The position numbers and the translations under genes were made by a program. DNA of 64,000 nucleotides. Source: Paragordius varius (Eukaryota > Animalia > Nematomorpha). The stretch lies in contig OZ176057.1 of the NCBI GenBank assembly GCA_964247055.1, positions 1,302,001 to 1,366,000 of the forward strand. The letters run 5' to 3'. Below the pieces are notes generated by a model. The model was given only the letters and a program-made list of their open reading frames with translations, was not told the origin of the DNA and searched no databases. How positions within the stretch are numbered: the first letter of the stretch is position 1; each line of letters begins with the position of its first letter. Positions 1-25,730 of the stretch are shown one piece after another.

Positions 1-416
1 AAGGCGACAATTTGAAAGATAATTATCATATTTTTGAAACATATATATATATATGTTTCAAAATTAACACTTATAATTTTGGATTACAATATAATAGAGA
101 GTTGTGATGTAAATTGGTTTTATATATATAATTAAATATTATTTACATTTTAATTATTAAAATTTTTTTCAAAAGACAATCATACTTTCTTTTTAAACCT
201 TACACATCTCTTATATATTTGAATCCAAAACTTATGGTTGGTTGGTTGTCTTTTGAAAAAAAAACATATTTGGCTTTTTGTCTGTCTATCATAATATTTT
301 TTTTACAGTAAGGATAAAAAAAATTATTTTTTTACCTTTTAATTTAAATATTGACTCTCTAATTTTGTTTAATTTAGTTAAAAATATTTTTTATAGTTCT
401 ATATCCTACATCCTAG

Positions 417-554
417 GTGTCATTTAATGAATTAGAAACTTTGCCATACTTGTTGGAGCCACTGGGGTATTTATTTGCCCCTGAAATTGCTGATATGAAA
501 TTAAGAACTAGTCGCCTTATAACACGAAAAAATAATTGTGATTCAGAAATTTAA
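417..554 (+). CDS. ELAC2: Terminal coding exon of upstream ELAC2 (RNase Z long form) copy A; rest of gene lies left of the window
   Basis: cctag acceptor then VSFNELETLPYLLEPLGYLFAPEIADMKLRTSRLITRKNNCDSEI*. Nearly identical to 45802-45930, which follows the AFDNMR exon of ELAC2; ends 3 codons later than copy B. Confidence 0.85.
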   Translation: MSFNELETLPYLLEPLGYLFAPEIADMKLRTSRLITRKNNCDSEI

Positions 555-2121
555 CGAAAAAAAGAAAGAAAAAGCACTTTTTAAAACTTATATCGTCTCT
601 GGACTCAAAAGTTAAAAATGCTCAAGTTTTGAATATCTTCTGAATTATATCTGTTTGTATTTGATTTTATTGATGAAAATAATTGAATTATATAATTAGA
701 ATGCAATCAAAATGTGTATAATTTACTTTTTATAAATATTTATACATATATATATATTGTTTTTTAATTTTACAATTAATTTTATCTGCGCTAAATTTTT
801 TCATTAGGACCGACCATCAGCTCATTTTGGGTTTTTTAGAATATGATTAATTCATCGTAATCTGCTTTGTTAATTGTTGCCATTGTAATATCCCTGAATT
901 ATACAAAATATAAATGTTAACTAAAATCAACTGTATTTTTTGGGGTTTATATGCGCTTCGTTAAAAGTACATAACTAGAGAGAATACATTAGGATACGAT
1001 TGTGCGTTAAATTTTGTTAAGTTTTGATTGGAAAAGAAATATTTTACGATTTTTTAAAGTAAAATTCCGAACCCAAAACAGGATGGATTATTTTAAAAAT
1101 ATTGGTGGAAAATACGAATGAAGATATTTAAAATATGGCATTAAATTTAGACATCATGTAGGTCATTTATTAAAGTAAAAAGCTTTGTGCGAAAACTTGA
1201 CATTTTTATACATATATATTTATTTCAATTTTACCTTATTCAGGATTTATGTATCAAACTTATATATACCATTTAGAGTTTAAATTTAACCTCCAACATT
1301 TCGAATTCACACTTAAAATAAGTTGTGTTTTTTAAAAATAATAATACCTATATTTATTTATATTTTTAAAAAAAATAAAATTTCGTTTAAAATTATATAA
1401 TACCTAAAAAATAATAAACTAAACCACAAAAATATATTTCATACTAATGATGAGGTTTATTAGCCCGAAAACACATAATTTATTTTCAGGGTGAATTGGA
1501 ATTGTTAAAAGTTCGAGGGTGAATTTGAATTGTTCAAGGGTAATTTGAATTGTAAATGCTATATAATAAACTTTCGTCGTTACCCACATTCAATTTTTGA
1601 TATGTCTTAAGACATTTCATATTTTTTTCAAGAATATTTGGCTCTAAATTAATATTAAGGCCGAAATTCATTTTAAATTTATCAAACTAATTATTTTAAA
1701 GGGTATAACTAAAATTTTAGATGGTATAGGTTATACAAACAAAGTAATGTATAAATTGTATACACTCATTATGTTAATTCTTTAAAATATAGGAAAGAGC
1801 AAATTCCAAAAAAATTGTTAATTTTTCTTTCATATAAAATTTTAAGGACAAAACTTGATTTTAAACGATAATAATTGAAAGTAAGATATATTTTGTCTTG
1901 ATTATACATAAAACCAAAATCATAATTGACTTACTTAGTTACCAATTTACATCTTTGTTCTTTATAACTTTTTATAAGCTTTGTTTGTCAATATAGTCTG
2001 GTACAGTGGTTTTCAAAAGGGGGGCGTAAAAAAATTTAGGAGTGCTAAAAATTTGGTGAAACTTAAAAATTCATGTTAATAAATATAATCTTTACTTAAT
2101 AATGGTTTATATAATATTTAA

Positions 2122-3548
2122 CACTTTGATTCTAATTGGGGTATTTTAAGACCCTGGACTATATTTGAGTTGTTATTTTTGAAAAACTACTCAAAGAAAA
2201 GTCCAATTTAATTTTATTTCTAACCTAATAAAAATAATAAAATTATCTATTTAAATTTATTCTAAAAAAATTTCATTTTAAAAATTTCTTATTTTACAAC
2301 ATTTTTGCAAAATATCTTGTTTATTTGATTTTAACGTTCTTTGACAATTTTGAGTTGCTCTTTAAAAAATTTGAAAAAATTTTTTTTTGCAAAAAGTTTA
2401 ATTTTTGGTGACGATGTAAAATTTTTAAATTTTTTTTTAAAAGAGATAATTATAAATTGATTTTGAATAAAATTTTTTATAATATTTTTTATTATTTTCC
2501 ATCACATTCATTTAATAACCTCTACGATGTGAAATTTTTCTATTACTTGCTGCTGGTTTTATTGGCAAAGTGAAAGAGCCATATTTCTGAAAACCACAGT
2601 CCCTTTTTAATATAGCAATACCCATATTATTGGAGTTATAAATTACGTTTTCGAATATATTTACAATTGGTAAACTTTTTTGATTATTATTTAGTATTCG
2701 AAATATCTTGAGGAGTTATAGTCAATTTTGAGATTTTATTTTTTGCAAACTTAATTTCTTAATTTATATTGGATACATTAATGCAGTAAATTAAAATTTA
2801 TTTATAGTCAGATATATACTACATGCAAAAAACTAAAAAAGTTATAAGAAAATATTATCCGGATTGGTAATTAATTTCTCGGTAGCCCATACATATCCTT
2901 CTAATATAGTCATAGATATATTTAAAAATTTGCTAAACACAGTCAAAGTAGGGTAAGTTTAAGTTGTCTTCTGTGAAAAAATTTATCAATTTCTCGAATA
3001 GAACTTATTGTAATATATGCTACATTTGCGCTTTCATCAATGGCATATATATTTAAAAAATTAACCTTAATTTGTCCATTTACGCATATTAGTACAATTT
3101 AACAGAAAAATTAGCAATATCATAATATTTTTACTAGTAAATTTATTATTCATATGAAAATTAACACATCTATATTAATAAATTTATTTGATTATGTTTT
3201 GAAATATAAACAATTTCGGATTTTTAAGTTCGAAATTGTGGCTCTCAAGGCATTTGTGTTGGATACCCCTGATATAAACAAAAAAAGGCTTATGTTGCAT
3301 TTTATATTAAACTAAAGCAGATATGTTGACTAAATATTTACCTTAAGATTTATCCATAAAATAAGTAATATCAAGTTTATTTTTAATCTTTTTCATATTT
3401 CGGTACATCAATGTTGTATGAGTGGAAACTTTTGCAATGGTTTTAATATGTTCCATATTTTTAGAAATATTTGATTTAAACAGGCCTGTGGTTTCCAAAG
3501 ACCCCAATTTAAATCGGTGGACTAAAATTAATGTGTTGTATCCAAGTG
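2122..3548. mobile_element. TTAA-flanked non-autonomous element (piggyBac-like), family 3
   Basis: TTAA|CACTTTGATTC...GTATCCAAGTG|TTAA. Other copies at about 8539-9053, 29192-29653, 46503-47073, 50575-52439. Confidence 0.7.
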
Positions 3549-4208
3549 TTAATTTAACTTATAAAATTACTATAGGGAGGTAATCATTGTTACATTGTAA
3601 ATTCATACATATTTTATCTAATTATTTATTATTTATTGGTTCTTAGTATATATATTATAATATAAAAAATGAAATAGCGTTAAAAAGTTAACAATAAAAA
3701 TGTTAAGCATTCATCCGATACGGAATTTAACAGTTTCAGTTACTACAAGGATCTCATTGGTTTTCTTTTTTTTTATCTTTTTCATTTTTAAAAGGGTGCA
3801 AGGGGGAGGGGGATCGCAGGACCATACTACTCTTGCGTTTTACCATATTTTATCTCATCGCACTGTATACCCAGCGTATACCTATAGGTTAATAATACCA
3901 TTGTGAGTTTGTTTCGTTGCGATGAGTTTTCGTGAGGTTCCACGCATTAGCGTGGCTAAAGGGGGAGAAAGATGGGCTGAGGCACAGGCGCCATAGTCGA
4001 AGGGACGCCGGATTTTAAAATTTTCAATTTATTTCAATATAGTGTTATTTAAAAGTTTTCATTTTACATAATACATAAAAAATCACCCATTTATGAGTGT
4101 GGTCAAGATCACGGTTTGAATTTGATTATTTTATTAAAATGCAGAGGTTGCATGGATAGGAACGCCGGGTGCCAGAAATGTAGGCTACGCCTCTGGTTGC
4201 CAGGGTCA

Positions 4209-5507
4209 TCAGCATCTAATTTGATTTTTGGGGTAAAATGATGACTTTTTAAAGGTCTTTTGTAGATTTGGATCACATAAAACATAGATAATTGTATAAA
4301 ATAAGGACAAAACTTTAATGATTTGTGTTATCGGTTTTGCGTAAAGGAGTTTTATGGGCGGTTCCATTTGCAATACATAATATCGGCTAAAACATATATA
4401 AACAATATATGAAGGAGCTATCATAAGGAAATGGCCCAAAATGAGTAGGTACAGAAAAAGGAATTTTTGAATTGATTTTCGGAAAACAGGAGGTAATCTG
4501 TTTCGTTGAATTTTTCTATTTGCACAGACTTTGGTCCAATGACGAAATCGATTAATGCCATAGACGTTATTTAATATAGGTGTCGAAGATTTATTTGACT
4601 TAGCATTGCTCAGCGGTGAAAAACTAGTATTTCCGACAGTAGCCAAGATGATAGGTTCAATTACGTGTGGACTTTTATCGGTAAATACCGTAGCTCGCCG
4701 TTTTTTATATTTCATGAGGTAATGAACAACTACATAAATCATTACGGTCAGGGTAATAGCCAATGTTATCATTATTACTGCATAACTTATTATGATTCGG
4801 CGAACATATTGAACATTATACCTTGATTTTCCATGGTAAATTAGACAAAGGGGTATTTTAGGGGGAATTTTGATTGGTAGGCTATGATTTTTCATAAATG
4901 TTACAACACTTGTAATGTTTAATACTGTACCATATGCAGATTCACTTTTGCAATCTAAAACATTATAAACTATATCGGAATTTAATGTTTGTACCATATA
5001 GACATCACTCAATCGGTAATCAACTATGTGAGGAATGGAAATGATAAAAAACAAGATATACGGTGATAGTATATAAAATTTTTGACTTCTAAGCCACCGT
5101 AATCGAGTAAAATATATCAGTCCATAGAGCCGATCCGCAAATAACATTAAGATGAGGTAACAATTAAGCATAGCCAATATAAGTTTTATGGAGACGACCA
5201 ACTTGGTCAAAAAATTGATAAGCGTACAGGTAGGAGCTAAGTTTCCACCAGCTATATAGTAAAGACTAACTGTGACTAGGGTATTTATGCTACTTAATAT
5301 ATTTACAACCGTTATACATTGTAAAAAATAGTATGGGCGATATGGCGCTTTAATTTTGATTAATAAAACGTACAGGACATAACTGTTAACTAAAAAAGCA
5401 AAAAAGGATAAAAATAGCACTGACCGAATATAGAATACACAAAATCTTTCGGCCGGATTTTGTTTTAACAAAGGTTTAAAACTTGATATCTCTATGATGA
5501 CATTCAT
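4209..5507 (-). CDS. Intronless rhodopsin-like (class A) orphan GPCR, copy A, 432 aa
   Basis: Seven hydrophobic segments; DRY-like ADRLY after TM3, proline in TM4 (SIPH) and TM6 (IAPS), TM7 IIY followed by helix-8-like DPNLQKTFKK; long basic ICL3; ORF preserved in the duplicate. Confidence 0.8.
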   Translation of the reverse strand: MNVIIEISSFKPLLKQNPAERFCVFYIRSVLFLSFFAFLVNSYVLYVLLIKIKAPYRPYYFLQCITVVNILSSINTLVTVSLYYIAGGNLAPTCTLINFLTKLVVSIKLILAMLNCYLILMLFADRLYGLIYFTRLRWLRSQKFYILSPYILFFIISIPHIVDYRLSDVYMVQTLNSDIVYNVLDCKSESAYGTVLNITSVVTFMKNHSLPIKIPPKIPLCLIYHGKSRYNVQYVRRIIISYAVIMITLAITLTVMIYVVVHYLMKYKKRRATVFTDKSPHVIEPIILATVGNTSFSPLSNAKSNKSSTPILNNVYGINRFRHWTKVCANRKIQRNRLPPVFRKSIQKFLFLYLLILGHFLMIAPSYIVYICFSRYYVLQMEPPIKLLYAKPITQIIKVLSLFYTIIYVLCDPNLQKTFKKSSFYPKNQIRC

Positions 5508-5952
5508 GTTCGATATACCTTAAGAAATTGTTAAATTTGAAGTAATTATTCATAATTTTAAAAATTAATCCTGCCAATTGGCTTATTAGGGCGTTAATGA
5601 TAATTTTTTGGCTTACGTTCGATGCAATTGCTTTTAATTATTGTTTATGGATTATGGTGATTAATTTTATGCCGTTTCGAAAAATAATCTCTTAATTGAA
5701 TAAAAATCTTGGTTAAAATCTTAAATTTAGCCGTTTTCGGATATATATATATATTATATATATATACATATATGTAATCAAAATTTATGAAGTAAGAAAA
5801 ATGCTAAATAAAAGAAACTTCAATTTTATAACTCTAATATTAAACTCCGAAATTATATTTCTTATTCAAGTAACAATTTTAAATATTATATATATATATA
5901 TATATATACATCTCTACCCAAATTTATTTTAAAAGATATTAATAGTAATAAA

Positions 5953-6190
5953 CAGAGGCGTAGCTAGATGGGGGAAAGGGGGGCTGATACATCGGGCGCC
6001 ATAGTTGAAGGTTTTAAAAAAATTTTAAATTTATTACAAAAAGATATTTAAAAGTTATAAATTTAAATAATTATACGTACAAAATCACCCATTTATGAGT
6101 GTGGTCATGTGTCCAACGTTTGAAAATGATTATTTTTTTAAAATGCATGGGAATGTGCATCGGACCCCAGAAATGCAAGTTACCCCTCTG
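5953..6190. mobile_element. GC-rich MITE family 4 (CAGAGGCGTAGCTAG...CTACGCCTCTG ends, hAT-like)
   Basis: Terminal inverted repeats and shared core ggcgccatagt..aaatcacccatttatgagtg; copies at about 3950-4195, 52655-52924, 54667-54904 and, inverted, 58185-58405; TSDs not recognisable. Confidence 0.65.
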
Positions 6191-6564
6191 GGTTCACGAT
6201 TCAAAACTAAAATGCATTCTGCATGCAGCTATTTCTAATCGCTTTTTTGATGGTGTTGCTTATTTTAAAGAATGGATTTATAATTTAATTGTTGTTGCTT
6301 TTTTGCCATTGTACTTCTTCTGTTAAAATGTCTAAAGTAAAAGTGCCATTTAATAAAATATTTGCTCCGAGCAGGACTACTATTTTGCTTCCCTCAGTTG
6401 TATTGATTTTTCTTGCATTTGATTTGTAGAGTTCATTTCATGATGGATTTTAATATATTAATGCACTTAAGTTTCCTGGATTTCCCTCAAGAAAACTGAT
6501 TGGAACAAAATAAACGCATTAGAATAATGGACCTATCAGTATGAACCGGTAAGTATTACTTAAG

Positions 6565-6630
6565 TCCTTATGCTTAAATCCTTATGCTTGCATCCTTATG
6601 CTTAAATCCTTATGCTTCAGTCCTTATGCT
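6565..6630. repeat. Short tandem repeat, 14-bp unit tccttatgcttnnn
   Basis: Five units in copy A, two in copy B (about 55284-55308). Confidence 0.7.
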
Positions 6631-8079
6631 CATTTTTGAACAAAAATCATACATTCATCATAAGTCTACTCCTATAGACTTATTAAAATTTCAAAGTGGC
6701 ATAACTTAAAATATTGCGAATTTTTGAATTCTGTAAATTGGAGGATAGAAAGTAAAATATATTTAACAAATAATATATAGGTTTGAGTAATGTTGCTTCA
6801 TCTTTTGGCATTAAAAGGGGTTTACACAACCCCTGTTAAAAAAATATAAATCCTTAAACATGCATCCAAAATCAAAAGTTTTTTAGAAGAAATAGGTACG
6901 CATTTTATCCAGCTATATTTTTTAGATTTTTTTGAGTTATCAAAATTGAAATATTTGCTTACTTCGTGAAATAAAAAAATTTACCCAATTTTTGAATTTT
7001 TTAAATTGGAGGACATAAAATCTGTATGTATAAAAAATAATTTATAGGTTTTAGAAATTGCATTAGTTAACTAAACCGCTTCAAAAAATATATCTGGAAC
7101 TTACATGTAAAATCTAAAGTTTTTTAGAACATGTGCAAATGATCAAACTATATTTTTATTGACAATACAATGGAAACATTATACAAAAAATGATAAAATA
7201 CTAGTACTAGAGTATATTAACCCCATAAAGCCTACTTCAAAAAACACATTAGATTCTTTGGCCATGTGTGATGAGAGCCGACCGATAACATAGAAAAAGC
7301 CACCATTATAAGCCCAGTATTATGGGATAGAAAACATGGTAGGCCAAAATGCGAAATTTATATAGATATTAAAAGGTCTCAACTGCTCCATACATTAGAT
7401 CCCAAAACCAAGGTTAAGAGAGTATATGGTTCGTTAGATTTAATGAAACGCTTTACTTTTTTTGTTAATTGTTTAATTATTAATGCAATAAGGGACATAA
7501 GCATATTTATTAATATGGATCAATTTTATATGTATTTAAATTATATCAATATTGACATGTACAGAATAATTTTTGTAAACGGTATAAAAATATTGTTGGA
7601 TATAATTAAATATAATATATGTGTGAATTATGCCTTTTCCATAAATGAAACAGAGATGTATAATTATAAAATAAATGCAGCGCGTGTATCACAAATATTA
7701 ATACAAATGTTTTACTTTTGATTTTATGTATCAATTCTGATACCATTGTGAAAAAATTGAAATTAATTATATTTATATAATAATTTATCTCTTCGATTTT
7801 AGAAATGTACATAGACTGGAATTGAATAGCATATCCTAAAAAAAGACAATGGTAGCGATTAAAATTCATTATTTTAATTAATTACAGATGTTGGTTTTAT
7901 TATACCATTTGCTACAGTACAGCTTGGTAGGACTTTAATTTTTTATATCAGTTGACTAAAAAATTAGGTATTATATTTCCAATATTCCATTGATTTTGAC
8001 AAATATGAACTATATTTGCCTTCCTATCATTATTCCATAGATGTAAATTTTGATATATAATTTGGACAAAATAGCACAA

Positions 8080-21152
<13,073 letters not shown>

Positions 21153-21661
21153 CTAATGATAAAATATTATATATATATATACATCTAAATAACAGGATAG
21201 AGATGTATTTACAGATTTAAACGATAATATTTTAACATATGGATGTAACTTCTAATAATCAAACAACCAGTCTTGCCCTTTGCAAAAAAATAAGGCGCTG
21301 AATAAAGTTCACCTACCCATTTGTTATACGATTTTTGGTAAAGATCATCTCTATATATATTCAACACATTGGATATTATTAATGAAAAAGTGCCATAATT
21401 TGCGATTTTCTTTTACATAGGCAAAATTTTACACATGTTATTGAATTTTCCTATGCTAATTTATGGTGATGGTTTGGTTTTTGTATTATTGTAAAAAATC
21501 CGTAAAATATAAATTTATATGTAAGAATCTTTGTTTTTGCTTGTTTTAGCACCATCAGTAAGACACGACTGTTTGACATGTTAGTTCATATATCAATTTA
21601 AATTAAAAATATAATTAAACTAAAATAAACCAAAGCAAAGACAAAAATTAAACGACTATAT

Positions 21662-24048
21662 CACAGTGTGCAATTTACTCAAGATATCATACCTAGCTTA
21701 ATATAACCCTTGTGACATATACATCTCAAAAATATAATGATAAAAAAAATTGTCAATGTAGAAAAATTTTTTTTTCACTTTTTCCATATATGGATATATT
21801 TGGAAAAAATCAATTTATTTGCATAATACTTGATCAAAAATTATAAAACTTATATATAATATAAATAATATTAAATAAATATTATTTGTAAATTTTGGCT
21901 CAATATGAATGGATAGATTTAAAATAAACGTCAATTTATTAAATCCAACTAAATTTAGCCCTTTATATTAGTAACATAAAAAATACTTGATGAAAATCAA
22001 TGCGCCAAAATTTAAGTTTAACTTTATATGATAATATAAATATTAATTATATATAATAAAAATTAGATTTTAACTAAAAATTTTTGAAATTTTTTATTTT
22101 ACTAAAATAAAATTAAATTTTTTTAATATCAACAATATAATTATGTCTGGTGATTATAAATATAGCCATATGAATTTTTTTACCTGGATTTTTGAATTGT
22201 AGATGATATTGACTGTTGCTTTACCCTGATATTATGGTATATTTTATAATAATTATAGATAAATATTGTGGAATTTAGATATAACATTGAAAAACCAATG
22301 TAATCCATTGTGAAAATCATATTTTAAAGACAAACTTGCTAATCACAAGCAAACATCCACCAGAAAATTATATTTTGATACATTATGTTTATTGTGTAAT
22401 AAATCTAATACATATAATATATTTAATTTTTTTAATCTAAAATTGTTTACTTGTTTTTGAACAAATGTGGGCAAGGTCGCCAAAAATAAAACTTCTCCAA
22501 AGATTTTTATTTTTAGTTTTAATGTTGAGTTCTGCCAAAGAATTGGTTTCTCTTAGATTACCCATTCTAATTTAAATAAAACTTCTCCATAGATTGCTAT
22601 TTTTTGTTATGTTGAGTTATGCCAGTATTCAGGCACATAATTATTTTAGGTTCATTCTTCAAATTAGAAATGTAAATTTAAAAAATCTTCTGAATACGGC
22701 CAGTTTTTTCTTGAATGATTTTTTAAAAAACGGTTTATGGCAAAAGAAAGTGTTAACGAAGTATACATCAGTTTTACCAAAACTTGGGCTCTAAAAGCTT
22801 ATTTATGGCCCTGAATTATCAATTAAATTTTATGTCATACTTATTTTTAATATAAATGTCTGCAAGTTTTTATAGTTATAGTATGTTGCACGGTTCATGA
22901 GACAAGATTTTGCAGCCCTTTTAATTTTTTTGTTGAATACCATTTCTTCAAATTCTTATATTTAAATCTTTTAAAAGGTGTTGATAATTATTTTATAAAC
23001 TATTTTAATCGGGTATTTCATGTTATTAATATTTTGGCAAAAAAGACTTTCTCAATATCAAGAACTTTTTCAACGAGTTGAATTTCATATACCCGAAGTA
23101 GGATAGGTTGTTTGCGATGGCTTAAGAAGCGCATGATCTAAGAGAAATCAATTCTTTGGCAGAACTCAACATTAAAACTAAAAATGGAAATCTTTGGAGG
23201 AGTTTTATTTTTGGCGACCTTGCCCACATTTGTTCAAAAACAAGTAAACAATTTTATATTAAAAAAATTAAATATATTATATGTATTAGATTTATTAAAC
23301 AATGAACATAATGTATCAAAATATAATTTTCTGGTGGATGTTTGCTTGTGATTAGCAAGTTTGTCATTAAATGATTTTCACAATGGATTACATTGGTTTT
23401 TCAATGTTATATCTAAATTCCAAATATATTTATCTATAATTATTATAAAATATACCATCATATCAGGGTAAAGCAACAGTCAATATCATCTACAATTCAA
23501 AAATCCAGGTAAAAAAATCCATATGGTTATATTTACAATCACCAGACATGATTATATTACAGTTGATATTAAAAAAATTTAATTTTATTTTAGTAAAATA
23601 AAAAATTTCAAAAATTTTTAACTTAGTTAAAACCTAATTTTTATTATATATAAGTAATATTTATATTAACATATAAAGTTAAACTTAAATTTTGGCGCAT
23701 ATTATATTGATTTTCATCAAGTATTTTTTATGTTACTAATATAAAGGGCTAAATTTAGTTGGATTTAATAAATTGACGTTTATTTTAAATCTATCCATTC
23801 ATATTGAGCCAAAATTTGCAAATTATATTTATTTAATATTATTTATATTATATATAAGTTTTATAATTTTTGATCAAGTATTATGCAAATAAATTGATTT
23901 TTTCCGAATATATCCATATATGGAAAAAGTGAAAAAAAAAATTTCTACATTGACAATTTTTTTTATCCTTATATTTTTGAGATGTATATGTCACAAGGGT
24001 TATATTAAGCTAGGTATGATATCTTGAGTAAATTTGTTGCACACTGTG
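21662..24048. mobile_element. 2.4-kb foldback element with CACAGTG...CACTGTG termini (CMC/Transib-like ends)
   Basis: Arms about 21662-22560 and 23135-24048 are reverse complements; ~575-bp spacer; no clean TSD; absent at 63082 in copy B. Confidence 0.8.
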
Positions 24049-24561
24049 TTATGCAAAATACAGATATAACCCTTTATAATACTGTCCTTTCATACTTTTA
24101 GTACAAATTTTTTTAGCGAAACTATAACTAGCAAATAAAAATAAATAACAATTGAAAAATATAAATATCTTAGGTTTATTCTGTGATATATACATATTCG
24201 AAAATTATTGATTCCAAACAAGCTGTTTTGTTTTAGTAAATTTTAGGCTATATAGTCTACAAAACAAATAAATTATAAACCTTAATAATCAAGTTAAAAT
24301 ATTATTAGAAATAATTTTATTTTAAATTTTAGGGCTTGGTATTTTATTATATAGATATATCGGTTCAATCAGGTATATTTTAAAATATAATAAATATTTT
24401 ATTTTAATAGTTTTTGGCTTATTTAAAAATTTGTTGAAAAGGTTTACTTTACAATCCAAAATTAAAATTTAATTAAAAATGTTAAGTATTGGCTTATTTT
24501 ATAAGTTAATTAAAGGTTTTATTAAAATTTAGACAAGTTGAGTTATTATTATTTAGTTTTA

Positions 24562-24847
24562 CAGTAAAAATTGTAATTATACGGACAAAACGTGAAAATA
24601 TAAAGACAAATAAATACTTTTTATAAACAATTACACTTTTTTAATCTTAATTTTTTACAATAAAACTCATTGTTTTTAACTACAAAGTATAAAGTAATGT
24701 AAATTGGTAACACAATCAAATATGTATACTATTGTAATTAAATATTTTTATAGGATAACGAAGGTTTAAAAAAGTATGGCTGTCTTTTGAAAAAAAAAAT
24801 TGTCTTTATATTGTTATATTTTGTCCGTATAATTTCATTTTGTACTG
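24562..24847. mobile_element. MITE family 2 (Tc1/mariner-type, TA|CAGTAAAAATTG...TTTACTG|TA)
   Basis: ~100-bp TIRs containing ttatacggacaaaacg and aagacaaccatac. Other copies at about 9167-9425, 10574-10838, 15713-16005 (plus half copies to 16302), 17708-17770, 36125-36424, 45465-45690. Confidence 0.8.
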
Positions 24848-24922
24848 TATTTTATCAGGGTTTCAAACCAGGCTAAAGAATGAAATACCGATATGGTTTC
24901 TAAACGGGTGTAACTATATATA

Positions 24923-25242
24923 TACCATTTACAATTCAATTTCACCCTTAAACAATTCAAATTCACCCTTGAACAATTCCAATTCACCCTCAAATAAAAT
25001 ATATGTTTTTTAAGATTAAAATTTACTGATATTTTATATATTTTTTTAAAAAATTATGTTTTAAATTAAAATAATACAAAAAAGAATAAACTATAACATA
25101 AACACATATTTCATATTAATAATGAGTTATATTAGTTCGAAAATACATAATTTATTTTTAGGGTGAATTTGAATTGTTCAAGGGTGAATTTGAGTTGCGA
25201 GGGTGAATATTGTTCAGGGGTGAATTTGAACTGTAAATGGTA
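24923..25242. mobile_element. MITE family 1 copy
   Basis: Complete TIRs, 21-bp subterminal repeats, same internal core as other copies. Confidence 0.85.
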
Positions 25243-25730
25243 TATCTTGTTAAATTAAAATAAAGTAAAATAAACGTAACCTAAATTTTAAATCTATAAC
25301 GAGTGCTGTTTTTTGACCATGTAGAACAAAAAATGGGTCGATTATTTGATTCTGGGGCCGGTTCTAGAAACCCCTGATTAATTGGCTTTGAAATTTTCAC
25401 ATACCAACTATTTTCGATAAATTTTAAAACATTTTATACATTTATTGTACGAGGAATCAAATATTGAACGATCTAAATACCGTAAAACTTTATTTTAATA
25501 ATTATTATATTTTATATCTTTATTGAGTTTTATTAACAAATAATTGAAATATATGACGTGTCAAACTGAAATCGAACAAAATAAAATTAAAAGAGCATTG
25601 TTCACACCCCTATAACTATGAAACTTGAAAATTAGTTCCGGTCCCACGGATTTAATAAAATTATATTTCAATAAATTTTTATATGAAAAAGTTTAAAATG
25701 CATTTAAAAATTTTTTTTCTCTCTCTCCAG

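Noticed and set aside
6099-6326. 75-aa ORF identical in both copies (also 54813-55040)
   Set aside because: It starts inside a MITE, has no recognisable motif, and its identity is explained by low local divergence.
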